The notes below the pieces were generated by a model, which saw nothing but the letters and a program-made list of their open reading frames with translations, ran no database searches and was not told the origin of the DNA. The translations under genes and the position numbers were made by a program. This document shows, piece after piece, positions 40,370 to 51,070 of a DNA stretch of 64,000 bases (positions are counted from its first letter, which is position 1; each line of letters starts with the position of its first letter). Source of the stretch: a bacterium (GTDB lineage: Bacteria; Electryoneota; Electryoneia; Electryoneales; Electryoneaceae); the NCBI GenBank assembly GCA_963669175.1, contig OY769902.1, positions 288,001-352,000 of the forward strand, read 5' to 3'.

Positions 40370-41188
40370 CTACCCGGCCACCGCCCTCAGCGAATAGGTC
40401 AACGGCAGCTTGCCTTCAAATCCGGGGAGAGTCCAGCGTCCGGTTTCCACCTCTTCCATATTGGGCAGCGCCTTATAAAACGACCAGGGTAATTCGTGCA
40501 GAAATTCAATTCGCAGTCCTGCTTTGACCAGTGCGTTAATCACATCCCCCAGCGACCAGCCCCATTCCCAGGTTTGCGACTTGGGATAAAAGGTTTCATC
40601 GGCATAATCCGGGTCGCCTGATTCGCACAGAAGCGGTTCATTCGAGTGAAAATAAGGCTCGACGATGGCAGGCCTCCCTTTTTCATCCAGGTCAAGCGTG
40701 AACAGGAAAGGATGAATTTCCATTAGGTAGAAAATCCCGCCCGGTTTCAGAAAATGCCGGATAATTTCCGCCCAGCGTTCGATATTGTCCAGCCAGTTCA
40801 GCACCCCACGGCTGGTATAGACAACATCAAATTGTCCATCAAGGTTGAAGGGCAGTTCATACAGGTCAGACTGGATGAAATGAGCTGTCAACGCGGCCCG
40901 CTCCGCCAGTTTTTGAGCCGTCTGAATCGCTTCTTCCGAGAAATCGATCCCGGTAACCGTAGCCCCTTCACGCGCCCAGGAAAGCGTATCCAGCCCGAAG
41001 TGACATTGCAGATGCAACAGGCTTTTCCCGGAAACAGGCCCGATTTCGTCTATTTCCAGTGGATCAAGGGCAGTCCGGCCAGACAGAAACTCCTCCACAC
41101 CGACAAAATGCGTCCCGTAGGATTTTACATGTACGGGCGTCACTTCATTCCACCAACGGAGGTTGTCTTTCCTGTGTTGTTCGTTCAT
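40370..41188 (-). CDS. class I SAM-dependent methyltransferase
   Basis: LLHLQCHFGLDT, GIDFS, FDVVYTS motifs. Confidence 0.9.
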   Translation of the reverse strand: MNEQHRKDNLRWWNEVTPVHVKSYGTHFVGVEEFLSGRTALDPLEIDEIGPVSGKSLLHLQCHFGLDTLSWAREGATVTGIDFSEEAIQTAQKLAERAALTAHFIQSDLYELPFNLDGQFDVVYTSRGVLNWLDNIERWAEIIRHFLKPGGIFYLMEIHPFLFTLDLDEKGRPAIVEPYFHSNEPLLCESGDPDYADETFYPKSQTWEWGWSLGDVINALVKAGLRIEFLHELPWSFYKALPNMEEVETGRWTLPGFEGKLPLTYSLRAVAG

Positions 41189-41266
41189 TCTGGTCCCTTT
41201 TTTCCTTCAGCTTCTCCCATCCAATATGCATAATCAGATCGTCTGATATCAAAGCTTGAGGCAATC

Positions 41267-41534
41267 TAGTGGACCGGATCACATGAATCGATGGATACTG
41301 AGCTGCGCATCATCGTTCAGGACAAGGCGCATTCCTGAAGTCATAGCGGGTTATTTCAAAGGAATGGAACGACGTCATGAACAATGAGGCGCGCTCCCTT
41401 CGGGCTTGTCACGAGGCGGCTGTCTGCTGCGTTTATTTCATTTACAGTAACCCGCTACACCTGCATGAAATCGCCTTGCACCCAACTCGCCCGTGACGAG
41501 CAGAACTCCTCGATTCACGTGATTCGGTCCACTT
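41267..41534. repeat. structured non-coding element B, copy 2
   Basis: Homologous to 6375-6641; terminal IR AGTGGACCGGATCACATGAATCGA / TCGATTCACGTGATTCGGTCCACT. Confidence 0.8.
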
Positions 41535-41608
41535 GCCTGGATCTAAACGGAGCGCGTGTTGTCAGAACAGAGTTGCTATCCCGGTGTAAAGTAAGCACTT
41601 TTTCGTGC

Positions 41609-42904
41609 ATGCGTGCTGAAGACAGACAACCAATCGCCCCATCCGGCGCCTGGAGCGTATTAAAACGGTCCCGTGAAGCCAGAGCCCTGTTCCTGTATGG
41701 CGCCCTTGGTGGTGTTCTGTATGGCGCGATCCAGTTCGCTGAAGTCATCGCACGCAAGTCCCTCGGTGTGTCCGCCCTTGAGATTACCCTCTTCACCATG
41801 ATCATGCCCGTGGTCAGCCTGACATCCATCTGGTGGGGACGCATTCTGATGGGACGTGATCAGCGTGCCCTGATCCTCGTGACCGGTTTCATCGGCATGG
41901 GGGCTTTATTAAGCGGGTACTGGCTGGTTTCCATGATACACTTGTATATCCTGGCGATCCTCTATTTCATGGCTTACGCTATCCAGGCCCCGGCTCAGAA
42001 TCGAGTTTTCCAGCAATACATCCCCTCGAAAGCTACCGGCGGCCTTTTCGGTCTCGGACAGGGTGTCCGCATGGTCTTTGTGGGAGCGACATCCGCTATG
42101 GCCGGGTGGTGGCTGGACAGGGCCGAACAGGGCTGGCAACATGTTTTCCTGATTGCAGGTCTGACGGGTTTTGTATCGATTGTAGCCCTGGGGGTGGTTC
42201 GCACACAAAAACAGCATGATGCGCTTCCGATCCGGTTCAACATTATCCTCGGTCCGCTTCGTGATGCCTGGAGACTCCTGAAACGCAGACCCGATTTCAT
42301 GCGTTTCGAAGGCTCCTTTATGGTGTACGGCGTCGCTTTTATGATGACACTCCCGGTTCTTCCCATTTATCTCGTGGATGACCTGATGCTGGACTATGGG
42401 CAGATCGGCCTTGCTCGCGGCACGGTCTATTCTATCATCATGATTGCTGGCGTTCCCTTGTTCGGACGCTGGTTTGACAAGACGACACCGCACCGGTTCG
42501 GCGCAATCAGCTTTGGCATTTTGACAGGTTTCCCGCTGTTGTTGATCGGCGCTTATTACCTGGAGGGAAGTCCGAAGTTGTTCCTGGTCATTGCCGCCTT
42601 TGTCCTCTTCGGCATCGGGATGAGCGGGGTGATGATACTGTGGAACCTGGGCTCCATGCGTTTTGCCGGGGCCAGGGAGGACGCGGGCCATTACCAGGCG
42701 CTTCATCTCGCGGCTACAGGAATACGTGGCCTCTTCGCCCCCCTGCTTGGCTATGTGGTGATGGAAATGCTGGGCACACGTTTCGCCCTTGCCTGCGCGG
42801 CTGCCATCTGGGCATTATCCGCAGTGTCGATGCTGCTGGCGCGTGTGGTCGATATCCGTTCCGGTATTGCTACACCACTGCGAGCGCTTGACACGGAAGA
42901 ATAA
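41609..42904 (+). CDS. MFS transporter
   Basis: ~12 hydrophobic segments, GRWFDK motif; ORF-track start 41384 lies inside repeat B, so ATG 41609 preferred. Confidence 0.8.
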   Translation: MRAEDRQPIAPSGAWSVLKRSREARALFLYGALGGVLYGAIQFAEVIARKSLGVSALEITLFTMIMPVVSLTSIWWGRILMGRDQRALILVTGFIGMGALLSGYWLVSMIHLYILAILYFMAYAIQAPAQNRVFQQYIPSKATGGLFGLGQGVRMVFVGATSAMAGWWLDRAEQGWQHVFLIAGLTGFVSIVALGVVRTQKQHDALPIRFNIILGPLRDAWRLLKRRPDFMRFEGSFMVYGVAFMMTLPVLPIYLVDDLMLDYGQIGLARGTVYSIIMIAGVPLFGRWFDKTTPHRFGAISFGILTGFPLLLIGAYYLEGSPKLFLVIAAFVLFGIGMSGVMILWNLGSMRFAGAREDAGHYQALHLAATGIRGLFAPLLGYVVMEMLGTRFALACAAAIWALSAVSMLLARVVDIRSGIATPLRALDTEE

Positions 42905-43481
42905 CGCCCTCAAAATCATGAATAGGCCAGGGGATGATCAGTCTGCTACTATTTCACTCAATTTCCACTAGAGGATCGATAGGGATCCAGACAAGTATCG
43001 ACAATACAACAAGTAGCACATATAAACGGCTCTCAATGTACCGCGCTTCCTGAGAATACTTAACATCTTGTAATATCGCAACATGACTGGATATACGGCT
43101 GTCCCAAACAGACGGGACACCGCAAGCTTCGGTTCCTATCCCCCACTACTGCTTTTGGAGACAGGCTTTTCCTATCGAAATACCCGTTCTTTCCTGCCAG
43201 GGAGAGCCCTGGAGCACAAATTCTGTAAGCACAGATAAAAACGCATACGAAAGAGCTTTCCCGGCAGAAAAATTTAGCTTATATAATAACAGCTCCTTAG
43301 AGGGCTGGTAACGAAATACTAAAGTTAAATGTAAGCTGTATTACTGACACTATATTAAAATTTCACCTTCACTCCACTGACAATTCCTCTAAGAGTGTGG
43401 TTGATAATATTGCTTTTCGGCACGAACCCCTCTAGCTTTCCGCTCGAAGTAAACCTACAACGAAAGTTTAGTCACAGTAAA

Positions 43482-44024
43482 ATGGTTGACCTTGAAGAAC
43501 TGGGCGGTCGTATTCGACGGTTAAGATTAGCCGCTGAAATGACTCAGGAAGAATTGGCGGAGCGCAGCGACTTGACTGCGGGCTTCATCAGCCAGGTGGA
43601 GAGGGGAAAAACCTCCATTTCCATCGACAGCCTGATGATGATCCTCGAGACGCTCAACGTGCATATCTCGGACTTCTTCCGTCCTACGGAAGAACGGATT
43701 GTATTCACCGATGAGGACACGATTGATCTTGAGCGTGAAGGGGTCAGTCACTTCCTCTCGCTGGTTCCGGGTGCAGCCAGCCGAACCATGGAACCGGTGA
43801 AGGTGACATTGGCGCCGGGAGAACGGGCACGGCTTGATCCATTCAGTGGCGAACAGTTCGGCTATGTGTTGAAGGGTGAGATCAATATTGCTTACGGTGG
43901 CCAGAAGACATCGGCCAAAAAGGGTGAATCGTTTTACAGCGCAGGCATGCACGAGATAAAAATTACGGGCGCAGGTAGAAACGACTCTGAATATTTATGG
44001 ATAACCAGTCCACCTTATTTCTAA
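43482..44024 (+). CDS. XRE-family HTH + cupin regulator (PuuR-like)
   Basis: MTQEELAERSDLTAGFISQVERG; GEQFGYVLKG; upstream of polyamine genes. Confidence 0.85.
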   Translation: MVDLEELGGRIRRLRLAAEMTQEELAERSDLTAGFISQVERGKTSISIDSLMMILETLNVHISDFFRPTEERIVFTDEDTIDLEREGVSHFLSLVPGAASRTMEPVKVTLAPGERARLDPFSGEQFGYVLKGEINIAYGGQKTSAKKGESFYSAGMHEIKITGAGRNDSEYLWITSPPYF

Positions 44025-44050
44025 AGGGCGAACCTGACATAGAAGCAGAC

Positions 44051-44075
44051 GCCCGTTGAAGAGAACGGGCTTTTT
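44051..44075 (+). terminator. rho-independent terminator
   Basis: GCCCGTT-gaagag-AACGGGC + T5. Confidence 0.65.
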
Positions 44076-44143
44076 CATTTTCAAGGCAAAAAACCACAAG
44101 CAGGATTTGTACATACGGCCGGAGGACCGGCAGGAGAACCGCA

Positions 44144-44557
44144 TTGGAAACAAAGGCATTGGGCCGTCAATTGATGGTTGAGTTTTACGGATGCCACACT
44201 GACATCCTCAATGACGTGGAAGGCATCGACAAAGCCATGACACAGGCAGCCCGTGAAAGCGGCGCCACTATCGTGGAATCGGTCTTTCATCATTTTAATC
44301 CTTATGGGGTTAGTGGTGTTGTTGTAATTGCCGAATCCCATCTCGCCATTCATACCTGGCCGGAATACGGGTACGCAGCAGTTGATCTGTTCACCTGTGG
44401 CGAAGAAGTTGACCCGTACAAGGGGTTCGAATACCTCAAGCAGGTATTGGGATCAACCAATCTTTCCGTGAGCGAGATGAAGCGTGGCATGCTGGCCGAT
44501 CCGACCGGACGTGCGCTGCATAAGCCCCAGATGAACGTCGAAGCGCGGGTAGCTTAA
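44144..44557 (+). CDS. speD: S-adenosylmethionine decarboxylase proenzyme (pyruvoyl)
   Basis: [32 protein letters not shown]; TTG start with AGGAG RBS. Confidence 0.92.
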   Translation: METKALGRQLMVEFYGCHTDILNDVEGIDKAMTQAARESGATIVESVFHHFNPYGVSGVVVIAESHLAIHTWPEYGYAAVDLFTCGEEVDPYKGFEYLKQVLGSTNLSVSEMKRGMLADPTGRALHKPQMNVEARVA

Positions 44558-44558
44558 C

Positions 44559-45038
44559 ATGAGCGCGCTGCAATCGATTCCAACGCCCACCCGTTATTTC
44601 CTGGCTGCGGGTGCTTCCGAGGGGAAAACTCCTCTGAACGCGTTTGATTGTGCTCTGTTGGATGCAGGTGTAGGTGATTGCAACCTGGTCAAGCTTTCCA
44701 GTATCCTGCCGCCGCATTGTGAACGTGTAGAACCATTCAAGCCGACTCCCGGTTCATTGACGCCGGTAGCGTATGCTCACATGAGCGCCACCCTTCCCGG
44801 TGAAGTGATCGCTGCGGCTGTTGCCTGCGGTGTTCCGGAAAATCCGGATGAACCCGGCGTAATCATGGAATACAGCGCCCGTGGCAGTGCAGAAAACGCC
44901 GAAGCCATTGTGCGCGACATGGTCGCGTACGCTTTTGAAGCCCGTAATCGTAAACTCAAAGAGATTCAATCGATCTCAGTTGAACACCGCGTTGAACAGC
45001 TTTGCTCTGTGTTCGCGGCTGTTGTGATGGGCTATTAA
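44559..45038 (+). CDS. pdaD: pyruvoyl-dependent arginine decarboxylase
   Basis: LNAFD.ALLDAGVGDCNLVKLSSILPP signature. Confidence 0.88.
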   Translation: MSALQSIPTPTRYFLAAGASEGKTPLNAFDCALLDAGVGDCNLVKLSSILPPHCERVEPFKPTPGSLTPVAYAHMSATLPGEVIAAAVACGVPENPDEPGVIMEYSARGSAENAEAIVRDMVAYAFEARNRKLKEIQSISVEHRVEQLCSVFAAVVMGY

Positions 45039-45207
45039 CGCCTTTTCCTCTGTGATTTTCGTGTCGGGTCACAATCCGCATCGCGTTTCAAGACCCGACA
45101 CAACACGTTTCGTCAGGTCTTGCACATACGGTTTTCATGCGTGTGACCTGACGATAATCACAAACTGAACAGGAATAGGCACAAACCTTAAAACAACACT
45201 TTTTTTC

Positions 45208-46083
45208 ATGGATTATCCCTTGACAGAACCGACAGTATCCGAGACAAATTTCACCGAGTGGAGCAGTGAGGGCGCGGGCATGACCTGGAAGGTCAGCCGC
45301 ATCATTGAAGCCGTAGACACTCCATTCCAGCACATCGAGTTGTTCGAGACTCCGTCTGAAGGCAAGCTGCTCGTCCATGACGGCGCGGTTATGCTGACGG
45401 AACGGTTCGAGAACACCTACCATGAGATGCTGGTTCACCCGGCGTTGATTTCACATCCGAACCCGCGCCGTATCCTGGTGGTGGGCGGCGGTGACGGCGG
45501 TACGCTTCGTGAAGTGGTCAAGCACGACACTGTCAAGCTGGCCCGTCAATATGAGATTGATGGCGAAGTGGTGCGTATCGCGAAAGAGCACATGCCGGAA
45601 TTGGCAGTAGCTTACGACCATCCGAAGGTTGACCTCCGGATTGATGACGGTGTCCGTGCCGTCAACGAAGCCGACAAGGGTGAATACGATGTCGTGCTGG
45701 TTGATTCCACTGATCCTGTCGGCCCGGCGGAAGTGCTGTTCGAGGAACCGTTCTATCGTGGTATTTTCGACGCCCTTGGCGAAGACGGCATGCTGGTAAC
45801 CCAGGTGGCGACCTACGCCTATCACCTGGACCACATGGTGGAGATCGCCCAACGGCTGCGGAAGATTTTCCCGCTGGTGCGTGTTTACCAGACCGCCATC
45901 CCGATGTATCCCTCGGGAACCTGGTGCTTCATCCTGGCCAGCAAAGGACCGGACCCGATGACCGATGAAGGCGATGCCGAACGTGACAGCAAGTTGCAGG
46001 AACAGACGATCATCTGGAACCGTGCGTTTCACCGTGCCGCCTTCGCCCTGCCGACCTACGTCAACAAGGCCCTGGCAGAGTGA
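45208..46083 (+). CDS. speE: polyamine aminopropyltransferase (spermidine synthase family)
   Basis: YHEMLVHP, LVVGGGDGG, VDSTDPVGP. Confidence 0.93.
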   Translation: MDYPLTEPTVSETNFTEWSSEGAGMTWKVSRIIEAVDTPFQHIELFETPSEGKLLVHDGAVMLTERFENTYHEMLVHPALISHPNPRRILVVGGGDGGTLREVVKHDTVKLARQYEIDGEVVRIAKEHMPELAVAYDHPKVDLRIDDGVRAVNEADKGEYDVVLVDSTDPVGPAEVLFEEPFYRGIFDALGEDGMLVTQVATYAYHLDHMVEIAQRLRKIFPLVRVYQTAIPMYPSGTWCFILASKGPDPMTDEGDAERDSKLQEQTIIWNRAFHRAAFALPTYVNKALAE

Positions 46084-46386
46084 TTGATTCACAAATTGAT
46101 TCACAAGATGAGCAAGATTTTTTATGATCAACAAGATGAACTTTTAATGACTCACAGGATGGTAGGATAATAGGATATCAAGGATAATTATTTAGAATTT
46201 ACAGGATTTAAAAGATGATAAGGATATACAGGATAAGAGAATAACTCATTTCTTATTGTTTCCTTTTTTCTTATGTTTTTTCTTTCTTTGCGCCTTTGCG
46301 TCTTTGCGTGAAACATTTTGCATTATAAGAGATTCAAAGTCGCGTGGCCCGGTGTGCTTGCACCCGGGCGCTTTCAGGAGCATGCC

Positions 46387-47238
46387 ATGCAGTTCACCCG
46401 GTTGGGATACCTGGATGCGGTGCAGGATGTTGAGGGTGCGGATGTCATCGTCGTAGGGATGCCGTATGACCGTACCGCATCATTCCGCGCGGGCTCACGT
46501 TTTGCCACCGATGCTATCCGTCGCGCCGCTGCGGACGGGATCGAAGAATATGACCCCATCCTGAAGCTGGATCTTGGTGATGTGACTTACGCCGATCCCG
46601 GTGACCTGTATGCCTATGCCAGCAATGGCCCCCGTCGGTATGTCGAAGCCGCCCTGGATGCCCTGGCTGAACTCCCTGCCGCAACACCCATTGTCGGGGT
46701 GGGTGGCGAGCATACGGTTTCCTATCCCCTGGTGCAACACGCCCTGAAAACATGGCCGGATCTGGGTGTGATCGTATTTGATGCCCATACCGACCTGCGT
46801 GAAGATTATGAAGGTTCGCGCTTTTCCCATGCCTGTGTAACTCGCCGGATTGCGGATTTGATCGGACCGAAACGTGTGGCCATGTTCGGCATCCGTAGCG
46901 GCCTGCAGGATGAGTTCGATTACGCCACACAAAATGGTTTATTGCACGACCTGACCCCGGAAGGATTCTCGGCAGCTCTCACAAAACTGGGAAACCGTCC
47001 ATTGTATATAACAGTCGATCTGGATGGCTTTGACCCTACGGAATGCCCCGGCACCGGCACACCGGAACCGGGCGGATTCTACTGGAAAGATTTCACCCGG
47101 GCCATAACGCAGTTGTTGGATTGCAAAGTGATCGGCGGTGATGTGGTTGAGCTGCTTCCGGAAAATGATCCTTCGCGACGCAGCGATGTGCTGGCCGCCC
47201 GGGTGGTGCGGATGCTGCTTCTGCTGGCTACGAAGTAG
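46387..47238 (+). CDS. speB: agmatinase / ureohydrolase
   Basis: GGEHT, DAHTD, DLDGFDP..PGTGTPEPGG; CAGGAG RBS before ATG 46387. Confidence 0.9.
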   Translation: MQFTRLGYLDAVQDVEGADVIVVGMPYDRTASFRAGSRFATDAIRRAAADGIEEYDPILKLDLGDVTYADPGDLYAYASNGPRRYVEAALDALAELPAATPIVGVGGEHTVSYPLVQHALKTWPDLGVIVFDAHTDLREDYEGSRFSHACVTRRIADLIGPKRVAMFGIRSGLQDEFDYATQNGLLHDLTPEGFSAALTKLGNRPLYITVDLDGFDPTECPGTGTPEPGGFYWKDFTRAITQLLDCKVIGGDVVELLPENDPSRRSDVLAARVVRMLLLLATK

Positions 47239-47240
47239 AT

Positions 47241-47717
47241 TAGCCCGAATATTTCATGAACGTAACATGTATATTCATCTTAACACAGTTTATATCAGCA
47301 CAACACAACTGATTCACACAGCATTTTTCAGGATACAGTTTGCTCCGATATCCCTTTGCGTGTCTATTCCCTGTTTCGCTGGCCAACTGAGGCTGAGTAT
47401 CGGCAACCGCCCCGGCAGGGGCAACCTGTATTAGCCCAGGGCTGCCGCCGTCAGTTTGGCGGCTACCCTGGGAGATAATGCGCACCACATATTTACTCCG
47501 GAAGGAGTAACCTGATAATAATCACAAGTATACGGCGATAATATCTAGGCAACCCGCTGCCGGGGTTGGCAAGTAGCGTACATCCTATTCCCACCGTGAG
47601 CGCCAAACAGACGGCGCTGGACGGTGGGCTAATACAGAGAACCACTGCCGTGGTTCTTGTACTGGCCGTTCCATCAAATACCACATTTGAAATTGCATTG
47701 GTGAAATATTCGGGTTA
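47241..47717. mobile_element. MITE-like non-coding element A, copy 2
   Basis: TAGCCCGAATATTTCA / TGAAATATTCGGGTTA ends; near-identical to 3712-4186. Confidence 0.8.
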
Positions 47718-47916
47718 GTTATCACTCAACCCGACAGCAAGCACTTGGCCCCGTCGGCTTGAAGCATGCTGAAGCGAAGCGAAAGTAGCTGCCCGGCGGG
47801 GTTTATTCTAATTTATTTCAAGAGATTAGTCCTTCAGTTTTTAATACCCGACAGCAAGCAGTCGGGCCAAACGGCCGCAGAAGAATACCCGGCCAGGCAT
47901 GGCCGGGCTACCTTTT

Positions 47917-49128
47917 TCACTGCCCACTTTTTTCACTTTTTTCACTTACGATCGCTTCCGGCCTTCGGATGATGTAGATAATCCCCACCACAATCGCCAG
48001 AACCGGTCCGATAATGGATAACGGGAATACCGCGTCAAAGCCGTAGGGTTCCAGTCCCGCCACCCAGCCGAACAGCATGGCAGTCAAAGCGTTGCCGCCA
48101 TCCATCATCCCGGTAACCAGGGCCACTCCGCTCCCCGCCATGGATTTCGGCGCGAGGTTAAATCCGAGTGTGGTCACCGCCGGAAATACGACACCGTGAG
48201 CGATCCCGGTAAATACTCCGGCAATAATGACAAGGGGCAAAGACTGGCTGAAAGCGAGCAGCAATAACCCGATGCCATACGCGGCATACCCGGGGATCAT
48301 GACACGCCTTACTCCGAACTTGTCGCCCCAGTGACTGCCGAAAAGACGGATGGTGATTCCTGCCGCAGAAAAAGCCGTAAAATAGAGCCCGAAATGGCTG
48401 ATATTCCTGAGCTTGGCAATCGGCGCGAGGAACGATGCCGGGGTTGAATAGCAGACGGCCAGCGCTAATGCAAAGAAGAAAGCGAGCAGCATTCCCGGCG
48501 ATTGGACTACTTTAACCATGTCGGACGGTTTCGGAAGCTGATTTGAATCACCCGGACGTCCCGCCGAACGGAGCAAGATGACGCAAATAAACGCACCAAT
48601 CCCAAACGCTGCTGTGATCAGGAAAAAGTAGTTCAGCCCGGCATCTTCGACCAGCCTTTCACCCATGTACGGTCCGATAAAATGTCCGACCATGCCGGAC
48701 ATGCCATACTTGGCAATGGCTTCGTTGCGTCGATTCGGCGGCGCTACAGCCCCGGCCATGGTGAAAAACGCGGTAAAGTGTGCGCCAAAACCAAAACCCT
48801 GTATCACCCTGAGCCCCCAGGCCAGCGGCGAGAGGCCATGTCCAAGAAGAAGGGCGAATCCAACCGGGGTTACGCTCATCAGGACGATGCCCATGATCCA
48901 GGTCGGCTTGATCCCCCACCGGTCGATCAGGTAGCCGATCAGGGGACGTCCAGCGACGGCGGAAAGAAAATAGACGCCCATGAACAGGCCGATTTCATGC
49001 GCCCCGCCCCCGGCGTCACGGACATAAAGCGGGTACATGGCGTTGTTGCTGAAATTCAGTGACAGCAGGAAGTTGGCCATAAAGGCCAGTATAAAAGTTG
49101 GAGTAAGAAGTTTTTCTTCCGCTTTCAC
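47917..49128 (-). CDS. MFS transporter
   Basis: GRPLIGYLIDRWG and GDKFGVRR motifs; likely GTG start at 49128. Confidence 0.85.
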   Translation of the reverse strand: MKAEEKLLTPTFILAFMANFLLSLNFSNNAMYPLYVRDAGGGAHEIGLFMGVYFLSAVAGRPLIGYLIDRWGIKPTWIMGIVLMSVTPVGFALLLGHGLSPLAWGLRVIQGFGFGAHFTAFFTMAGAVAPPNRRNEAIAKYGMSGMVGHFIGPYMGERLVEDAGLNYFFLITAAFGIGAFICVILLRSAGRPGDSNQLPKPSDMVKVVQSPGMLLAFFFALALAVCYSTPASFLAPIAKLRNISHFGLYFTAFSAAGITIRLFGSHWGDKFGVRRVMIPGYAAYGIGLLLLAFSQSLPLVIIAGVFTGIAHGVVFPAVTTLGFNLAPKSMAGSGVALVTGMMDGGNALTAMLFGWVAGLEPYGFDAVFPLSIIGPVLAIVVGIIYIIRRPEAIVSEKSEKSGQ

Positions 49129-49327
49129 CTTGCCCTCGCATGGAGTCTGAGTGGCTTGTAATATAAGCGATTCAATGTGTACAACCATGCCGACATTGTA
49201 AAGAAACCCGTCTCCCAAAAGGATACGCGTGATTATTAGAACTTTATCCATGCAACTTGCTTTTACCGGGGTCAAGAGTGCATGTTGGGTTTTTGTTTGG
49301 GAGGATTGATAATCAGGTGGGAGAAAG

Positions 49328-51070
49328 ATGGCGCGAAAAGAGACGATGTTGCGTGAAGACCGGGGAATATTCCCGCTTAGCGAGATCACGGCTCGTTGTG
49401 CGAAGGACTTCGGGGATTGTCCTGCCATGCGGAGCTGGAATGGCGAGAAGTATGTAGAGATTACATACAAAGAGCTTCATCATCGCGTAAAAGCCATCGC
49501 ACGCTGGTTGATACAGGAAGGTGTACAACCGGGTGACCACATCGCCGTCCTTGGTGACAACAGTCCACAATGGGAAATGGCTTACCTGGGCATACAGGTT
49601 GCCGGCGCAGTGTGTATTCCCATCGACCGTCTGCTCCCACCCGCAGGAATGCGTCATGTGCTGACCGATTCAGGCGCCACCATGCTCTTTGCCGGAAAGG
49701 CCTACCTGGAAGCGCTGGATGAAGTCGCAAAGATGAAATCATTGAAGCGGTTGATCTGCACGGATGCTGCCGGCCTGGAGGGCGCCATTGCCCTTACGGA
49801 GGTGATCAGCAAGGGCCGAAAGCTGAAAAGTGACCTGCCCAAACGAACCCTCGATGAACTGGCCGCCATCTTATACACGTCCGGCACAACAGGACACAGC
49901 AAAGGCGTGATGCTTACCCAGCGAAACCTGGTTTCCAACGCTGCAGCAGCCTATCGCATCTTCCCGATTGATGAAAACGATGTCTTTCTTTCCGTTCTTC
50001 CCGTTCACCATAGTTTTGAAGCCACAACCGGCTTTCTGCTTGCCTTGTATACCGGCGCTTCCATTACCTTCGCCATCAGCCTGAAAAGCAACGATATCAT
50101 CGGTGGGATTAAAGACACCAATGTTACGATCATGGTTGGTGTGCCGCTTCTTTATGAGAAGATGTCACAGGGCATTCAGCGTGGCGTCAGGAAAAGCGGC
50201 AAGGAAAAACTGGTCAACACCATGATGCGTGTGGTGATGGCCGGTGAGAGGTTCGGACTGAACCTGGGGGTCAAACTCTTTAAGGGCCTGCGGGAAAAAG
50301 CCGGGTTCGGTACGGTTCGTTTCTTCATTTCCGGTGGCGGTCCGCTTGATCCGGAAGTCGCACGCTATTTCAGCCGTCTGGGCATAACCATGATTCAGGG
50401 GTATGGCCTGACGGAAACTTCACCGGTTACCCATGCGAATCGTCCCGGCGTTATCGACAATGTTACGGTAGGTCCGCCCATCCCCGGCGTTAAACATAAA
50501 ATCCTTGATGCCAATGAACAGGGTATCGGCGAAATCTGTGTGAAGGGACCGAATATTTTCAAGGGCTATTACAAGAAGGATGAAGCCACACGTGAAGTAT
50601 TCACTGAGGACGGCTGGTTCATGACCGGCGACCTTGGTGTCATATACCCGAACAACTTCTTGCAGATTACCGGGCGGAAAAAAGCCATGCTGGTGACCGG
50701 TGGCGGTAAAAATGTCTACCCGGAAGAGATTGAATTCTACCTGAACCGCAGCCCTTTTATCGCTGAATCGGTAGTACTGGGTGTGCCACGCGCCAAGGGT
50801 CTGGGCGATGAGGTCGGCGCACTGATTCATCCGGACTACGAACAGGTGGATCTCCACTACGAGAAACAGGGTGTTGAAAACCCGACCCATGAAGATGTGT
50901 ACAAGCTGATCAAGCAGGAAATCCAGGAAGCTCAGAAGAACCTCGCGGATTACAAGCGCATCCGTACGTTCCGCATTTTCGAAGACGAGTTCCAGAAGAC
51001 GACCAAGCGGACGATCAAGCGGTTCCTGTATTCGCATGAAATGCTGGACGTCAACGGGGAGAAAGTCTGA
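49328..51070 (+). CDS. long-chain fatty acid-CoA ligase (AMP-binding)
   Basis: YTSGTTGHSKG, QGYGLTETSP, TGDLG. Confidence 0.9.
   Translation: MARKETMLREDRGIFPLSEITARCAKDFGDCPAMRSWNGEKYVEITYKELHHRVKAIARWLIQEGVQPGDHIAVLGDNSPQWEMAYLGIQVAGAVCIPIDRLLPPAGMRHVLTDSGATMLFAGKAYLEALDEVAKMKSLKRLICTDAAGLEGAIALTEVISKGRKLKSDLPKRTLDELAAILYTSGTTGHSKGVMLTQRNLVSNAAAAYRIFPIDENDVFLSVLPVHHSFEATTGFLLALYTGASITFAISLKSNDIIGGIKDTNVTIMVGVPLLYEKMSQGIQRGVRKSGKEKLVNTMMRVVMAGERFGLNLGVKLFKGLREKAGFGTVRFFISGGGPLDPEVARYFSRLGITMIQGYGLTETSPVTHANRPGVIDNVTVGPPIPGVKHKILDANEQGIGEICVKGPNIFKGYYKKDEATREVFTEDGWFMTGDLGVIYPNNFLQITGRKKAMLVTGGGKNVYPEEIEFYLNRSPFIAESVVLGVPRAKGLGDEVGALIHPDYEQVDLHYEKQGVENPTHEDVYKLIKQEIQEAQKNLADYKRIRTFRIFEDEFQKTTKRTIKRFLYSHEMLDVNGEKV

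Noticed and set aside
41384-41608. N-terminal extension of the MFS ORF
   Set aside because: Lies within non-coding repeat B
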